Shown in pieces: positions 39,820-49,747 of a stretch of 64,000 nt of DNA (position 1 is its first letter; each line of letters opens with the position of its first letter). The position numbers and the translations under genes are program-made. Origin of the DNA: an uncultured Clostridia bacterium (lineage in GTDB: Bacteria; Bacillota; Clostridia; Oscillospirales; Ruminococcaceae). The stretch is taken from positions 2,123 through 66,122 of the forward strand of contig CALXEL010000053.1 in the NCBI GenBank assembly GCA_944387315.1. Reading direction: 5' to 3'. The notes under the pieces were generated by a model. That model saw only the letters and a program-made list of their open reading frames with translations. It ran no database searches and was not told where the DNA came from.

Positions 39820-40131
39820 TTAGAGTTTAATCTCGATCTCAACACCGGCAGGGAGCTCAAGACCGGTCAGAGCCTCAACGGTTTTGTTGGAAGGTCTGAG
39901 GATGTCAATGAGTCTCTTGTGGGTTCTCATCTCAAACTGCTCACGGCTGTCCTTATATTTGTGAACGGCACGCAGAATGGTTACAATCTCACGCTCGGTG
40001 GGCAGGGGAATGGGACCCGAAACTCTCGCACCGGTGCGTTTTGCTGTCTCAACGATCTTCTCTGCAGAAGCGTCTACCAGCTGATGATCATAGCCTTTGA
40101 GTCTGATTCTGATTTTTTCTTTGACTGCCAC
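39820..40131 (-). CDS. rpsJ: 30S ribosomal protein S10
   Basis: ..[13 protein letters not shown]... GTG at 40131 sits 8 nt after GGAGG, whereas ATG at 40137 is only 2 nt after it. The ORF-track N-terminal extension was rejected. Confidence 0.9.
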   Translation of the reverse strand: MAVKEKIRIRLKGYDHQLVDASAEKIVETAKRTGARVSGPIPLPTEREIVTILRAVHKYKDSREQFEMRTHKRLIDILRPSNKTVEALTGLELPAGVEIEIKL

Positions 40132-40433
40132 TATCATCGCCTCCTTAAAAATTTGGTGCTTGGCGACGCTTTTCCTACTGAACACCCATCCGGGTGTTTC
40201 GCGCTCTGGCATATAAAAAACCGGTTAAACCAACCCTTTTATAAAGGCGCAGTTTAGCCGGGACTTTTGATGTGCCAAAGGAACATCACATAACCAACCC
40301 TGTGCAAAGCACAGTGACTTGTGTCAGTATTCAAAGTCGCCCGGTTTAAAATCGGACATACTCGGCGGAAATTCCCTGCCAGGTGGCAGCAACCTCCCGC
40401 TTCATCGCATATCTTGTGCAGTCACGCTCAATA

Positions 40434-40462
40434 ATAATACCATGCTCCCCCCTGGATTGCAA
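40434..40462 (-). promoter_or_regulatory. Candidate S10-operon promoter, implying a ~290-nt leader
   Basis: Minus strand reads TTGCAA-N17-TATTAT. Confidence 0.45.
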
Positions 40463-40609
40463 GTATTTTTTTACTTTTTTCGCATTTCTCACTTTTCTAC
40501 ATCCGACGAGAAAATTCTTGGTCATTTTTATCAATTTTATACAAAGCCCTTTTTCTTTTTTTCCAGCTGGTGTATAATGAATCTATCAGAAAATGAAGAG
40601 GGCGCAGCC

Positions 40610-40894
40610 ATGTTCTGTGCCACAGCTTCAGAAAGGAAGGGAGTTCCTTTGAAAACCAAATACGCTTTAAAAAAATCCTCCGCTCTGCTCCGGCTGGTCA
40701 GCGCTCTGGGGGTGGTAGCTTCGGTGGCGGCCATTGTGATTTCATCGGTCACCGGCCTGTTGGCCTATCGCCTCTACCGGTATCTGACCACCGCCCAAAA
40801 GGCCCTGCCGGTACTGGAGCAGGCAGCCCGATTGTATATCGCCCAGCACCCAGACCCGGTGCAACACCCGGAAACCAAAAAGAAAATTGGTTGA
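40610..40894 (+). CDS. Hypothetical small membrane protein (one TM helix)
   Basis: ATG behind a gaagaggg RBS. A perfect TATAAT lies at 40573-40578. Hydrophobic span LLRLVSALGVVASVAAIVISSVTGLLAY. No family recognised. Confidence 0.45.
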   Translation: MFCATASERKGVPLKTKYALKKSSALLRLVSALGVVASVAAIVISSVTGLLAYRLYRYLTTAQKALPVLEQAARLYIAQHPDPVQHPETKKKIG

Positions 40895-40920
40895 TTTTTA
40901 TAAGAAAGGAGCCAAGCCCT

Positions 40921-41226
40921 ATGGAATATTCCTGCCCCATTATCGCGTACACCGCCCGGCAGATTGCCGCCATGCCCGGTGTCAAGCGCATCTGGCTGTT
41001 TAACCGCAAGCTGTCCATTACAGGGGAGACCACCAGCTTTAAGCTGGCCATTATCGCCGACACCAGCGATAAAAAAGGGTTGTGCCATACTATTTATCTT
41101 CAGGTGGACTGTGATCTGCCCTTCGACGTCGTAGTCTATACCCAGGCGGAATGGGAGGAGCAGCTGCAGGATGAACGCAGCTTCGCCAGCCGGATCCACC
41201 AGACTGGCCAGGTGGTTTATGGCTAG
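40921..41226 (+). CDS. Nucleotidyltransferase-fold (MNT-like) protein with a degenerate active site
   Basis: Same length and layout as MNT partners of HEPN (..PGVKRIWLF........LAII.D.. then DVVVYTQAEWEE). LFNR replaces the LFGS motif and there is no DxD motif. ATG follows an aaggag RBS. Confidence 0.55.
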   Translation: MEYSCPIIAYTARQIAAMPGVKRIWLFNRKLSITGETTSFKLAIIADTSDKKGLCHTIYLQVDCDLPFDVVVYTQAEWEEQLQDERSFASRIHQTGQVVYG

Positions 41227-41680
41227 ACGTTCCAGAGCTCACAACAGCGATGACAGCCGCCGGTACTATGACTGGCTGGACCGGGCGGGAGAGGACATGG
41301 TTACCGCTGAGCTGCTTATTAAAGATGACCGCTGTTACAACAGCTGTGCTTTCCACTGCCAGCAGGCGGCGGAAAAAGCCTTGAAAGCCTATCTGCTGCT
41401 GCAAAATCCCAGGCTGCTGGACGGCCACAATCTGACCTGGTTGTGTAAGCAAGCCATGCGCCACGACCGGAATTTTGAGAAGTGGCTGGATGAAAGCGCC
41501 GCCCTCAACCGGTACTACATAGAAACCCGCTACCCCACTGATATTCCCGACGAAATCGACGAGAAAGAAATCCGCCAGGCCTTTGACATGGCCATGGATC
41601 TGTACTTTTTTATCTGCGAACGGGTGGATGAGGAATTGGACCGGCGGGAAAAACAACAAAAACGGGGGAAAGGCCATTAG
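41219..41680 (+). CDS. HEPN-domain protein
   Basis: AFHCQQAAEKALKAYL, an Rx4H motif (RLLDGH) and YYIETRYP are typical of Pfam-type HEPN. Start overlaps the upstream stop (ATGGCTAG). Confidence 0.7.
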   Translation: MARRSRAHNSDDSRRYYDWLDRAGEDMVTAELLIKDDRCYNSCAFHCQQAAEKALKAYLLLQNPRLLDGHNLTWLCKQAMRHDRNFEKWLDESAALNRYYIETRYPTDIPDEIDEKEIRQAFDMAMDLYFFICERVDEELDRREKQQKRGKGH

Positions 41681-41698
41681 CCTTTCAAACAAATACCA

Positions 41699-41734
41699 CC
41701 AGAAAGGGCCGCAGTTACCTGCGGCCCTTTCTGG
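41699..41734 (+). terminator. Terminator after the HEPN gene
   Basis: ccagaaagggccgcag-ttac-ctgcggccctttctgg. Confidence 0.7.
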
Positions 41735-42054
41735 CTTTGTCCAATCCTTATTCCATTATAAGGTATGTAGTACCTTGTACGCAAACGAAAGGCGCCGCCT
41801 CCTAAAAACTCAGGACGACCAACGCTGTGCCTTTAGCATACTACAAATTTTACCAAAAGGCAATTGGCATTGGTAATAATTTGCAGTGATTTTTATTGGA
41901 GAGCGTCTGCAATATTGTACAAACCTCAAAAACACCTTTTGGAAAGCCAAAAATTTATTTTAAAAATCATCTGGACAAAAAAGAGCGGTCTATTGAAATT
42001 ATCTATTCTGCACAACTGGATTGGCATATCAATTCAACCTATCTATGGTTTTTC

Positions 42055-42111
42055 TTGACATTCCTTTTTATTCCTTATATAGTTAGCTTGTTAATAATTA
42101 GCAAGCTAACT
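42055..42111 (+). promoter_or_regulatory. marR-MATE promoter with a near-perfect palindromic operator
   Basis: TTGACA-N17-TATAGT, immediately followed by agttagcttgttaat-a-attagcaagctaact. Confidence 0.6.
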
Positions 42112-42133
42112 GTTTGGGAAAGGCAGGATTCTC

Positions 42134-42556
42134 ATGGACCCCTTACTGAGTAAAATACTGGTGAAAACCTTTCGGGCACATCAAAGCGTCATTCGCCCCA
42201 AAATGGCGGAGATTGGACTCTCACCTGGGCAGCCCATTGTACTTACTATGCTGACCGAACACAACAACATTTTGCAAAAGGACCTGGCGGATCTCTGTGA
42301 TATTGAGCCAGCCACCATATCCAAATTACTGGTCAACATGGAGACGGATGGGCTTATATTGCGCAGTCCTGTCCCAGGAGATCGCCGGGCAACCTGTATT
42401 TCCATTACCGAAAAGGGCAGAGAGATACAAAAACAATTTCATAGGATATCTGAGCAGGTACGTCAAATTGCGCTGGACGGGTTTACCCCCCAGGAACAAC
42501 AGGAATTTTTGGGGTATCTGACCCGTATCTATGGAAATCTGACCCAAAGGCAGTAG
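42134..42556 (+). CDS. MarR-family transcriptional regulator
   Basis: wHTH: GLSPGQPIVLTML..QKDLADLCDIEPATISKLLVNMETDGLI.R..DRR. Confidence 0.85.
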   Translation: MDPLLSKILVKTFRAHQSVIRPKMAEIGLSPGQPIVLTMLTEHNNILQKDLADLCDIEPATISKLLVNMETDGLILRSPVPGDRRATCISITEKGREIQKQFHRISEQVRQIALDGFTPQEQQEFLGYLTRIYGNLTQRQ

Positions 42557-42587
42557 CAATTTATGGTTCTAAATAGGAGTGAGCAAA

Positions 42588-43997
42588 ATGGAACAGACAA
42601 AGAATACACAACAGGCCCAGCTGATCCGCATGACAACCACACCCATCCCTCAACTTATCAGCGCCATGGCTGTGCCTACTATTATCAGTATGATGGTAAC
42701 TTCCATCTACAACATGGCGGACACCTATTTTGTCTCCAAACTGGGAACCAGCGCCACCGGAGCGGTAGGAATTGTTTTTTCTCTCATGGCCATTATACAG
42801 GCCATTGGATTTATGCTGGGAATGGGGGCAGGCGCCAATGTCTCCCGGCTGCTGGGCCAGCAGCAGGACCAGCGGGCCAGTGTATTTGCCTCCACCTCTT
42901 TTTTCACCGCCCTGGTATTTGGCCTGATTCTGGCCATTTCAGGGTTGACCGGAATGAACACCCTGATGAAAATGTTAGGTGCCACCGAAACCATACTGCC
43001 CTATGCCCGGGATTACGCCAGTTATATTCTGTTTGGCGCTCCCATTATGTGCGCTTCCTTTGTGCTGAACAATGTGCTTCGCTCCCAGGGCAAAGCGGTT
43101 CTGTCCATGGTAGGTATCGGCCTGGGCGGTGTACTCAATATTGTACTGGACCCTATCTTTATCTTTGTTTTTGATTTGGGGATTGCCGGCGCTGCTATCG
43201 CCACTCTTTTAAGCCAGTGTATCAGCTTTGCTATCCTCCTTTCCTTTTTCCTGTTAAAAAAGACCAGTGTGCGGCTCCATATAAAATATGTATCCCGTAC
43301 AGCGGATGTCTATAGAATCATTATCCAGACTGGTATGCCCAGCCTGTGCCGCCAGGGATTGGCCAGTATCTCCACTGTTTGCCTCAACCGCGCCGCCGCT
43401 GTTTATGGAGATCCAGCGGTGGCGGCCATGTCAGTGGTAGGCCGGATCTTTATGTTTATCATGTCGGTTATGTTGGGCTTTGGCCAGGGATTCCAGCCGG
43501 TGGCCGGATATAACTATGGCGCCGGACGGTACGACCGGGTCAAGCAGGCTTTTCGTTTTACCTTAACGGTAGGTGTCATTCTGCTGGGAACCCTGGCAGT
43601 TATTGGTTTTATTCTGGCTCCCCAGGCCATTGCCCTGTTCCGCAAGGAAGATTTGGAGGTAATTCAGATTGGCAGTTTGGCTATGCGAGCACAATGTATG
43701 TCCCTTCCCTTGATGGCCATTATTACAGTAACCAATATGTTGTTCCAAACCACAGGGAAACCTGGTCAGGCCACCTTTTTGGCCTGCTCCCGTCAGGGAA
43801 TCTTCTTTTTGCCGCTAATTTATCTGCTGCCCCATTTTATAGGGCTGTTGGGAGTGCAGCTGACTCAAACTGCCTCAGATATCTGCACCAGCCTGTGCTG
43901 TATTCCTCTCTTAATCCTCTACTTTAAGGAACTCAACGAGAAAATGCAGGAACAGCAAAACAATCTTTCCGATTCACCAATAAAAAATGAGGCCTAA
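42588..43997 (+). CDS. MATE-family efflux transporter
   Basis: 12-TM protein with the MatE N-terminal signature (..P.I.S....S.YN.AD..FVS.LG..A..AVG). ATG at 42588 follows a taggag RBS. Confidence 0.85.
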   Translation: MEQTKNTQQAQLIRMTTTPIPQLISAMAVPTIISMMVTSIYNMADTYFVSKLGTSATGAVGIVFSLMAIIQAIGFMLGMGAGANVSRLLGQQQDQRASVFASTSFFTALVFGLILAISGLTGMNTLMKMLGATETILPYARDYASYILFGAPIMCASFVLNNVLRSQGKAVLSMVGIGLGGVLNIVLDPIFIFVFDLGIAGAAIATLLSQCISFAILLSFFLLKKTSVRLHIKYVSRTADVYRIIIQTGMPSLCRQGLASISTVCLNRAAAVYGDPAVAAMSVVGRIFMFIMSVMLGFGQGFQPVAGYNYGAGRYDRVKQAFRFTLTVGVILLGTLAVIGFILAPQAIALFRKEDLEVIQIGSLAMRAQCMSLPLMAIITVTNMLFQTTGKPGQATFLACSRQGIFFLPLIYLLPHFIGLLGVQLTQTASDICTSLCCIPLLILYFKELNEKMQEQQNNLSDSPIKNEA

Positions 43998-44018
43998 GCC
44001 ATCTCACTGATTCTTTTT

Positions 44019-44048
44019 AAAAGCTCCTGTTATCTAACAGGAGCTTTT
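44019..44048 (+). terminator. Terminator after the MATE gene
   Basis: aaaagctcctgtt-atct-aacaggagctttt. Confidence 0.75.
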
Positions 44049-44105
44049 AAATTTCTATAAACGGGACATCCAGAGAAAGTCCTGTAAATTTTGGCAATCT
44101 TCCAA

Positions 44106-44134
44106 TTGGCAATGGTATCAAAATACGATATACT
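44106..44134 (+). promoter_or_regulatory. Candidate promoter of the DUF401-like gene
   Basis: TTGGCA-N17-TATACT. Confidence 0.4.
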
Positions 44135-44178
44135 AAGGATGAAATTGGCAAAGCCAAACAAACAGATAGGAGATCCCC

Positions 44179-45429
44179 ATGAGACAGTTTCTTGCCATCT
44201 TTATCGCGTTTCTCACCATGCCCCTTTGGCGAAAGAAAAAATTGGGCTTTGGTCCCACCCTGCTGCTGACCGGCTGTATCCTCAGCCTGGTCGCTGGTCT
44301 GGACGTCTCCCAGACAGTCCATTCCTTTACAGCGGTATTCACCACCCCCAACACAGTCTACACTATCATGGCAGTCATACTGGTAGGTGTACTGGGCAAT
44401 CTGCTCAAACAGTATAAAATTTTGGATCAGATTGTCTCGGATCTGAAGGTGGTCATCCACAGCAAAAAAGCCATTATTATGATGCTGCCCGCTGTCATGG
44501 GACTGCTCTCGGTACCAGGAGGAGCCCATCTCTCCGCCCCCTTTGTAGATTCGGTTGGAGAGGAGCTGGGTATGCCGCCTCAGAAAAGAGCCGCGGTCAA
44601 TCTCTCGTTCCGGCACATGTCCATGTTTCTGCTTCCTTTTCACTCCAATATGATCTTCGTCACTACTGTTATGCCGGAAATCAATCTGTACCACCTGATT
44701 GCCCTTAACGCCGGTTTTGTGATACTGATGCAGCTGGGCGCCTATTTCCTTTATCTGCGCAACACAAAAAACAGCCAAGTTGCTCTTCAGGGGGACCGGA
44801 CCAAAGCACTGGGCCGGCTGATCCTATATCTATCCCCAGTCTATATGGTTATGGTGTTCAATGCGATTCTCAACCGCATTTTTGCCCCTGTATCCATCCC
44901 CATGTGCGCCTCGGTTTTTCTCTGTGTGGTGCTCACCTTCTTCCTGATTGGGAAAGATAAAAAAGATTTTCTCCAACACTCCTGGAAAGGCATCAGCTTT
45001 AGTACCCTGGGAATGCTCATTGGTGTATACTTTGTACAGAATCTGGTGAAAAACCTGGATCAGGTCATTGGAGCTATCAATACAGCTTTTGTCACTTCTT
45101 CGGGCTTCACCATCCTGCTGATCGTAGCCGCTACCGCTGTACTGTTTGGCCTCACTACCGGCCTCAGCCTGGTTCCTATGGGCATTATTTTGCCTCTGGT
45201 AGCCACCCTGCCACTGAGCTATGAGATGCGGCTGCTCTACACTTTCTTTGTATTCGCCTGGTCCTTCTTGGGATATTACTACTCTCCTCTGCATCTCTGC
45301 CAGCTGCTTACTGTCAAATACATGAACGTCACTTCCGGAGAAATGTACAGAGAACACGCCAAGATGGTGCCTTATCTAATGACAGTTTCCTTTGTTCTGT
45401 TCTATCTGTACCAGTTCCTTCTTGTTTGA
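44179..45429 (+). CDS. Polytopic membrane protein, DUF401-like (possible ion-transporter superfamily)
   Basis: About 12 hydrophobic segments and no soluble domain. The family assignment rests on overall resemblance only. Confidence 0.4.
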   Translation: MRQFLAIFIAFLTMPLWRKKKLGFGPTLLLTGCILSLVAGLDVSQTVHSFTAVFTTPNTVYTIMAVILVGVLGNLLKQYKILDQIVSDLKVVIHSKKAIIMMLPAVMGLLSVPGGAHLSAPFVDSVGEELGMPPQKRAAVNLSFRHMSMFLLPFHSNMIFVTTVMPEINLYHLIALNAGFVILMQLGAYFLYLRNTKNSQVALQGDRTKALGRLILYLSPVYMVMVFNAILNRIFAPVSIPMCASVFLCVVLTFFLIGKDKKDFLQHSWKGISFSTLGMLIGVYFVQNLVKNLDQVIGAINTAFVTSSGFTILLIVAATAVLFGLTTGLSLVPMGIILPLVATLPLSYEMRLLYTFFVFAWSFLGYYYSPLHLCQLLTVKYMNVTSGEMYREHAKMVPYLMTVSFVLFYLYQFLLV

Positions 45430-45450
45430 TAAAACTTCATACCCAACTGT

Positions 45451-45478
45451 GCCAGGACATCTTTTGTCCTGGCTTTTT
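45451..45478 (+). terminator. Terminator after the DUF401-like gene
   Basis: gccaggaca-tcttt-tgtcctggc followed by ttttt. Confidence 0.8.
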
Positions 45479-45770
45479 CTATTCTGGGAAGAAATGTTCC
45501 TATCTGACCCAACAACTTTTGCATAACATCATTGAAAATTTGCATAGGGCCCTACCGTTAATATTTCTGTAAAAATTTAAGCGCCCTGCTTTTTAATACT
45601 TTTACGCCAATATTTGTAAATTTTATTTAGTAAAATATGATAAATTAAATTTAACAATCATTAAAAATATGTTTAAATCGTATTGCCCCATACATTTTTT
45701 GAATTTTACATGAAGGTAAATAATATGATAACATGAACGCAAGAATTCCAATCAGGAAAGAGGAGGAAAA

Positions 45771-47561
45771 ATGATGAAAACTACCCGCAAGTTGTTGGCA
45801 CTGCTTTTGGCCGGTGTTATGACAGCATCTCTGCTGGCGGGATGTTCCAGCAGCCCGTCTACATCTTCATCCGGTTCCGGATCATCATCTGGAGAGACCG
45901 TAGAGGGAGAGAAGATCTTCCGGCGTTCTACCTTGCAGCAGGCTACAAATATGAACCCTCATCAAGGCGGTGACGCTGGCTCTATTGAGGTTTCTGACTA
46001 TGTACAAGCCAAACTGTATCGCGTAGTTTACAACGAGGATAAAACCGCTTCGGTTCCCGGTCCTGAGCTGGCTGCCAGCGAACCTACCACCGAGGATGGT
46101 TACACCTGGACCATCAAACTGGACCCCAACGCCAAATGGGCGAACGGGGAACCCATTACCGCAGATGACTTTATGTATTCCTGGGAAATGGCTCTGAATC
46201 CTCAGCTGGCCAATACAACTACCAGTGGACTGGCTAAAAACCATATCCAGGTAGAAAATGCCTATGAGTACTATATGCAGCTCTCCACCGGCGTACCAGT
46301 GGAGTGGGAAGATGTCGGTTTTAAAAAGGTGGACGACCTGACCCTTACCGTCACCACTTCTGAGAAATACTCCGCTCGTGATGTTATGTACCACTTCTGT
46401 ATGCGCTATACCGGCCCTGTATACAAAGAGATGTATGAAGCCGGCATGGATGCCAACCGCACCTCCACTACATACGGTACCTCCGCTGAGGAGTATATGA
46501 GCTCTGGTCCCTTCAAGCTGGACACCTGGGTAAAAGGCACTGAGGTCACCATGTCCAAGAATGAAAATTACTGCCATGCAGATGAGATCATTCTGGACGG
46601 TATGACTGTACGTACTGTTCCTGACGAGAATACCCAGATTCAGTTGTTCCAGAACGGTGAGATCGACTATCTCTCTCTGGGCACCAATGGTTTGGAAGTC
46701 TTTGGTGAGGATCCCCGCACTCAGGAATATCCTTCCACCACTCTACGTTCCATCCAGATCAATACTGAGAATCCTGATAAACCCTATCTGGGCAACCTGA
46801 ACTTTAAAAAGGCTCTCTACTACGGTATCAACAGAGAAGAACTGGCAAATGCCCTCAACTACATCCCTGCCGCTTACTTCCTGCCTACCCCCTATGTAGC
46901 ATATTCCGACGGTACACTCTTCCGGGATATTCCTGAGGCCAATGCCTACATCCCCGAAAACAACGGCTATGATCCCGACCTGGCCAAGGAGCTCTTTGAC
47001 AAAGCTCTGGAAGAGACCGGTGTAGACAAGGTATCCATCACCGTAATCTACAGTGAGACTGTACCTGCTCTGAGAACCGCTTCCGAGTATATTCAGAACG
47101 AGCTGACCCAGCTGTTTGGCGCTGACCGCTTCGAACTGAAACTCCAGTCCATGGCACAGAGCGCTCTTCTGGACATCATGCGTTCCAGCCAGAGCGGTCC
47201 TACCAACACCTGGGATCTGGGCTGGTCCGCTTGGGATCTGACCGCTGCCCAGCTGTACCCCAACCGGAAGTTCGAGCCCTACACCAGCACCGACTCCCGG
47301 AGATTCGCTCCTTACAACAGCCCGGAATTGGATGCTCTGTATGCTGAGTCCATCAGTGAAGAGTGCCGTCTGGACGAGAAAAAACGCATTGAAGTCACCA
47401 TGGAAATGGAAAAACTTGTAATCGACAATGTTTTGGAAATTCCCGTATATCAGCAGCAAGCTTATGTCATTCACAGCGACCGCTGCATCCTGCCCAGTGA
47501 CGTTCGCGTCAACACCATTGGCTGGGGCTGGGCTTACATGGACATCGATTTGACTAAATAA
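45771..47561 (+). CDS. Peptide/nickel (family 5) ABC substrate-binding lipoprotein
   Basis: Lipobox LLAGCSS, Ser/Gly linker, and an OppA/DppA-like body of ~596 aa. Confidence 0.85.
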   Translation: MMKTTRKLLALLLAGVMTASLLAGCSSSPSTSSSGSGSSSGETVEGEKIFRRSTLQQATNMNPHQGGDAGSIEVSDYVQAKLYRVVYNEDKTASVPGPELAASEPTTEDGYTWTIKLDPNAKWANGEPITADDFMYSWEMALNPQLANTTTSGLAKNHIQVENAYEYYMQLSTGVPVEWEDVGFKKVDDLTLTVTTSEKYSARDVMYHFCMRYTGPVYKEMYEAGMDANRTSTTYGTSAEEYMSSGPFKLDTWVKGTEVTMSKNENYCHADEIILDGMTVRTVPDENTQIQLFQNGEIDYLSLGTNGLEVFGEDPRTQEYPSTTLRSIQINTENPDKPYLGNLNFKKALYYGINREELANALNYIPAAYFLPTPYVAYSDGTLFRDIPEANAYIPENNGYDPDLAKELFDKALEETGVDKVSITVIYSETVPALRTASEYIQNELTQLFGADRFELKLQSMAQSALLDIMRSSQSGPTNTWDLGWSAWDLTAAQLYPNRKFEPYTSTDSRRFAPYNSPELDALYAESISEECRLDEKKRIEVTMEMEKLVIDNVLEIPVYQQQAYVIHSDRCILPSDVRVNTIGWGWAYMDIDLTK

Positions 47562-47581
47562 CAAGCAACCATTGGAAGGCG

Positions 47582-47624
47582 TTGAGCTGCAAAAGGCTAG
47601 GCTGCTTTTTGCAGCTCAATTTTT
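47582..47624 (+). terminator. Intercistronic hairpin/attenuator after the SBP gene
   Basis: ttgagctgcaaaa ... ttttgcagctcaa followed by ttttt. This arrangement is typical for giving excess SBP transcript. Confidence 0.6.
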
Positions 47625-47648
47625 ATCCTGAGAAAGGAGGATAACCCT

Positions 47649-48599
47649 ATGAAGAAGTACATGATTGGTCGTGTGATTGCGGCATGTGTTGCACTCTTTC
47701 TGATTTTGACCATCGCTTTCATGGTTGTCCGGCTGATGCCGGGCAGCGTGTATGATGATCCCAACCTGGCTCCGGAGGTTGTGGCAATGCTGGAACAGCA
47801 GGCCCATCTGGATGAGCCTCTGCTGGTACAGTATGCCTATTTCCTCAAAGGTGTCATTTTTGAAAATGACTGGGGCGTTTCTGCCAAAGTAGAACCTGGT
47901 GTTCCAGCTTTTGATATTCTTAAGCGTCAGATCCCCTATTCACTCACCATCAACGTGGGCTCCCTGGCTCTGGCACTGCCCATAGGCATTGTGGCTGGAA
48001 CCGTGGCTGCTCTTCATAAAAACAAAGCGGGGGATCATGTGGTCTCCATCCTGGTGGTGCTGGGCATCTCCATTCCATCCTTTGTTTTTGCCTCCTGCCT
48101 ACAGTATTTTATAGCGTATAAAATGGGCTGGTTCCCCATTATATTTGAACCATCCAAAGGCACCGGTATGCAGATCTATTCCCTGATGCTGCCAACCATC
48201 GCCCTGTCTTTAAGCCCCATTGCCACCATCGCCCGCTACCTGCGTGGTGAACTGATTGAGGTATTGGGATCGGAGTTTATGGTGCTGGCCCGGACCAAAG
48301 GCCTGACCCAGCGGCAGGCCACCATCCGCCACTCCTTCCGGAACGCCTCCCTGCCTCTGGTCAACATTGTCATTCCCATGTTTGCCCATGTATTGGCTGG
48401 TTCCATGGTTATTGAGCGAATCTTCTCCATCCCCGGCGTTGGCGGAACCCTGATCAGCTCCATCAACACCAACGACTACTCCCTGGCTGTGGCCACCTTG
48501 ATTTTCTACGCCCTGATTTCGGTTCTCACCTCCTTTGTTATCGACATTGTACTGGGACTGATCGATCCTCGCGTACGGTTGGGAGGTAGCAGCAAATGA
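47649..48599 (+). CDS. Opp/Dpp-type ABC permease (OppB-like)
   Basis: N-terminal MKKYMIGRV.. with a conserved OppB-like start, 6 TM helices and an EAA loop region. Confidence 0.85.
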   Translation: MKKYMIGRVIAACVALFLILTIAFMVVRLMPGSVYDDPNLAPEVVAMLEQQAHLDEPLLVQYAYFLKGVIFENDWGVSAKVEPGVPAFDILKRQIPYSLTINVGSLALALPIGIVAGTVAALHKNKAGDHVVSILVVLGISIPSFVFASCLQYFIAYKMGWFPIIFEPSKGTGMQIYSLMLPTIALSLSPIATIARYLRGELIEVLGSEFMVLARTKGLTQRQATIRHSFRNASLPLVNIVIPMFAHVLAGSMVIERIFSIPGVGGTLISSINTNDYSLAVATLIFYALISVLTSFVIDIVLGLIDPRVRLGGSSK

Positions 48600-49732
48600 T
48601 GACAGAGAAAGAAATTTATGACATTCCCCAGGAAAAGTTCCGTTTTATCAATTTGGATGATACTTTACACGATGAAAAGTTTTCTGGAGAAGCTTTGGGC
48701 TTCTTTAAGGATGCCTGGGTGCGGCTGCGCCGCAACAGGGTTGCCATCCTGGCTATGAGCATGATTCTCTTTATTGTGTTTATGTCCATCTTTGCTCCTA
48801 TGTTCTCTGGGTATGGGTACAACGATCAGAACTTAAACCGGCTGAATATGCCGCCGCGGGTTCCCGGTCTTGAGAAAATCGGTATTTTTGACGGCTCCAA
48901 AACTGTCAACAGCGTGCGGAAAACCAGCTTGAGTGACCCCGAGAAATTCCCCGAGGGATCGGTAATTGAAATCCTTCGGGAATATACAATTAAAGATGTT
49001 GAAATGGTAGATGTAAAAGTCAATGCCTATATCTATGAGGGCATTGGTGACGAGTATTTCCTCATGGGCACAGATTACCTGGGACGGGATCTGTGGACCC
49101 GTCTGTGGCGAGGGGCACGGATCTCCCTGATTATCGCCATTGTGGCCGTATCCGCCAATATTTTTATTGGCGTGGTCTACGGCGCCGTTGCCGGCTACTA
49201 CGGCGGCACCACAGATATTATTATGATGCGTATAACCGAAATTATCGCGGCGTTCCCCCAGGTCATTGTGGCCACCCTGCTGATTCTGGTGCTGGGCACC
49301 GGTATTGAAGCCATTATTCTGGCTTTGGTTATCAACGGCTGGATCGGTACTGCCAAGTTGGTTCGTGGACAGTTCCTGCGCTTTAAAGAGAGGGAATATG
49401 TACTGGCAGCCCGTACTCTGGGTGTTCCTGACAAAAAGCTGATCTTCCGGCATATCCTCCCTAACTCTATTGGACCAGTTATTACCCGTGCCATGATCTC
49501 GGTACCCAACGCTATTTTCTCCGAGTCTTTCCTGGCCTTTATCGGTTTGGGCCTGCAGGCTCCTGAGCCCTCTATCGGTGTATTGCTGTCTGACGCTCAG
49601 AAAGTACTGCTTACCTATCCTACCCAAACCCTCTTCCCTGCGATTTTGATTTCGGTACTGCTCATCTCCTTCAACCTGTTTGGTAACGGTTTGCGGGATG
49701 CTTTTGACCCCACTATGCGGGGAACTGACTAA
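48596..49732 (+). CDS. Opp/Dpp-type ABC permease (OppC-like) with an extended periplasmic loop
   Basis: OppC N-terminal domain and BPD_transp_1. Start overlaps the upstream stop (ATGA). Confidence 0.85.
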   Translation: MMTEKEIYDIPQEKFRFINLDDTLHDEKFSGEALGFFKDAWVRLRRNRVAILAMSMILFIVFMSIFAPMFSGYGYNDQNLNRLNMPPRVPGLEKIGIFDGSKTVNSVRKTSLSDPEKFPEGSVIEILREYTIKDVEMVDVKVNAYIYEGIGDEYFLMGTDYLGRDLWTRLWRGARISLIIAIVAVSANIFIGVVYGAVAGYYGGTTDIIMMRITEIIAAFPQVIVATLLILVLGTGIEAIILALVINGWIGTAKLVRGQFLRFKEREYVLAARTLGVPDKKLIFRHILPNSIGPVITRAMISVPNAIFSESFLAFIGLGLQAPEPSIGVLLSDAQKVLLTYPTQTLFPAILISVLLISFNLFGNGLRDAFDPTMRGTD

Positions 49733-49747
49733 AGGGAGGGAACTGGA

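Noticed and set aside
40346-40534. 62-aa Lys/Arg-rich minus-strand ORF upstream of rpsJ
   Set aside because: Neither start candidate has an RBS, and it overlaps the predicted S10 promoter and leader. More likely non-coding.
41896-42153. 85-aa plus-strand ORF upstream of marR
   Set aside because: It runs through the marR promoter and operator and into the marR start. It has no RBS and is AT-rich translation.
44091-44152. Three copies of TTGGCAA(T/A) upstream of the DUF401-like gene
   Set aside because: The middle copy is simply the -35 box of a TTGGCA-N17-TATACT promoter. The other two could be chance matches in a short AT-rich spacer. Evidence for a regulator site is insufficient.
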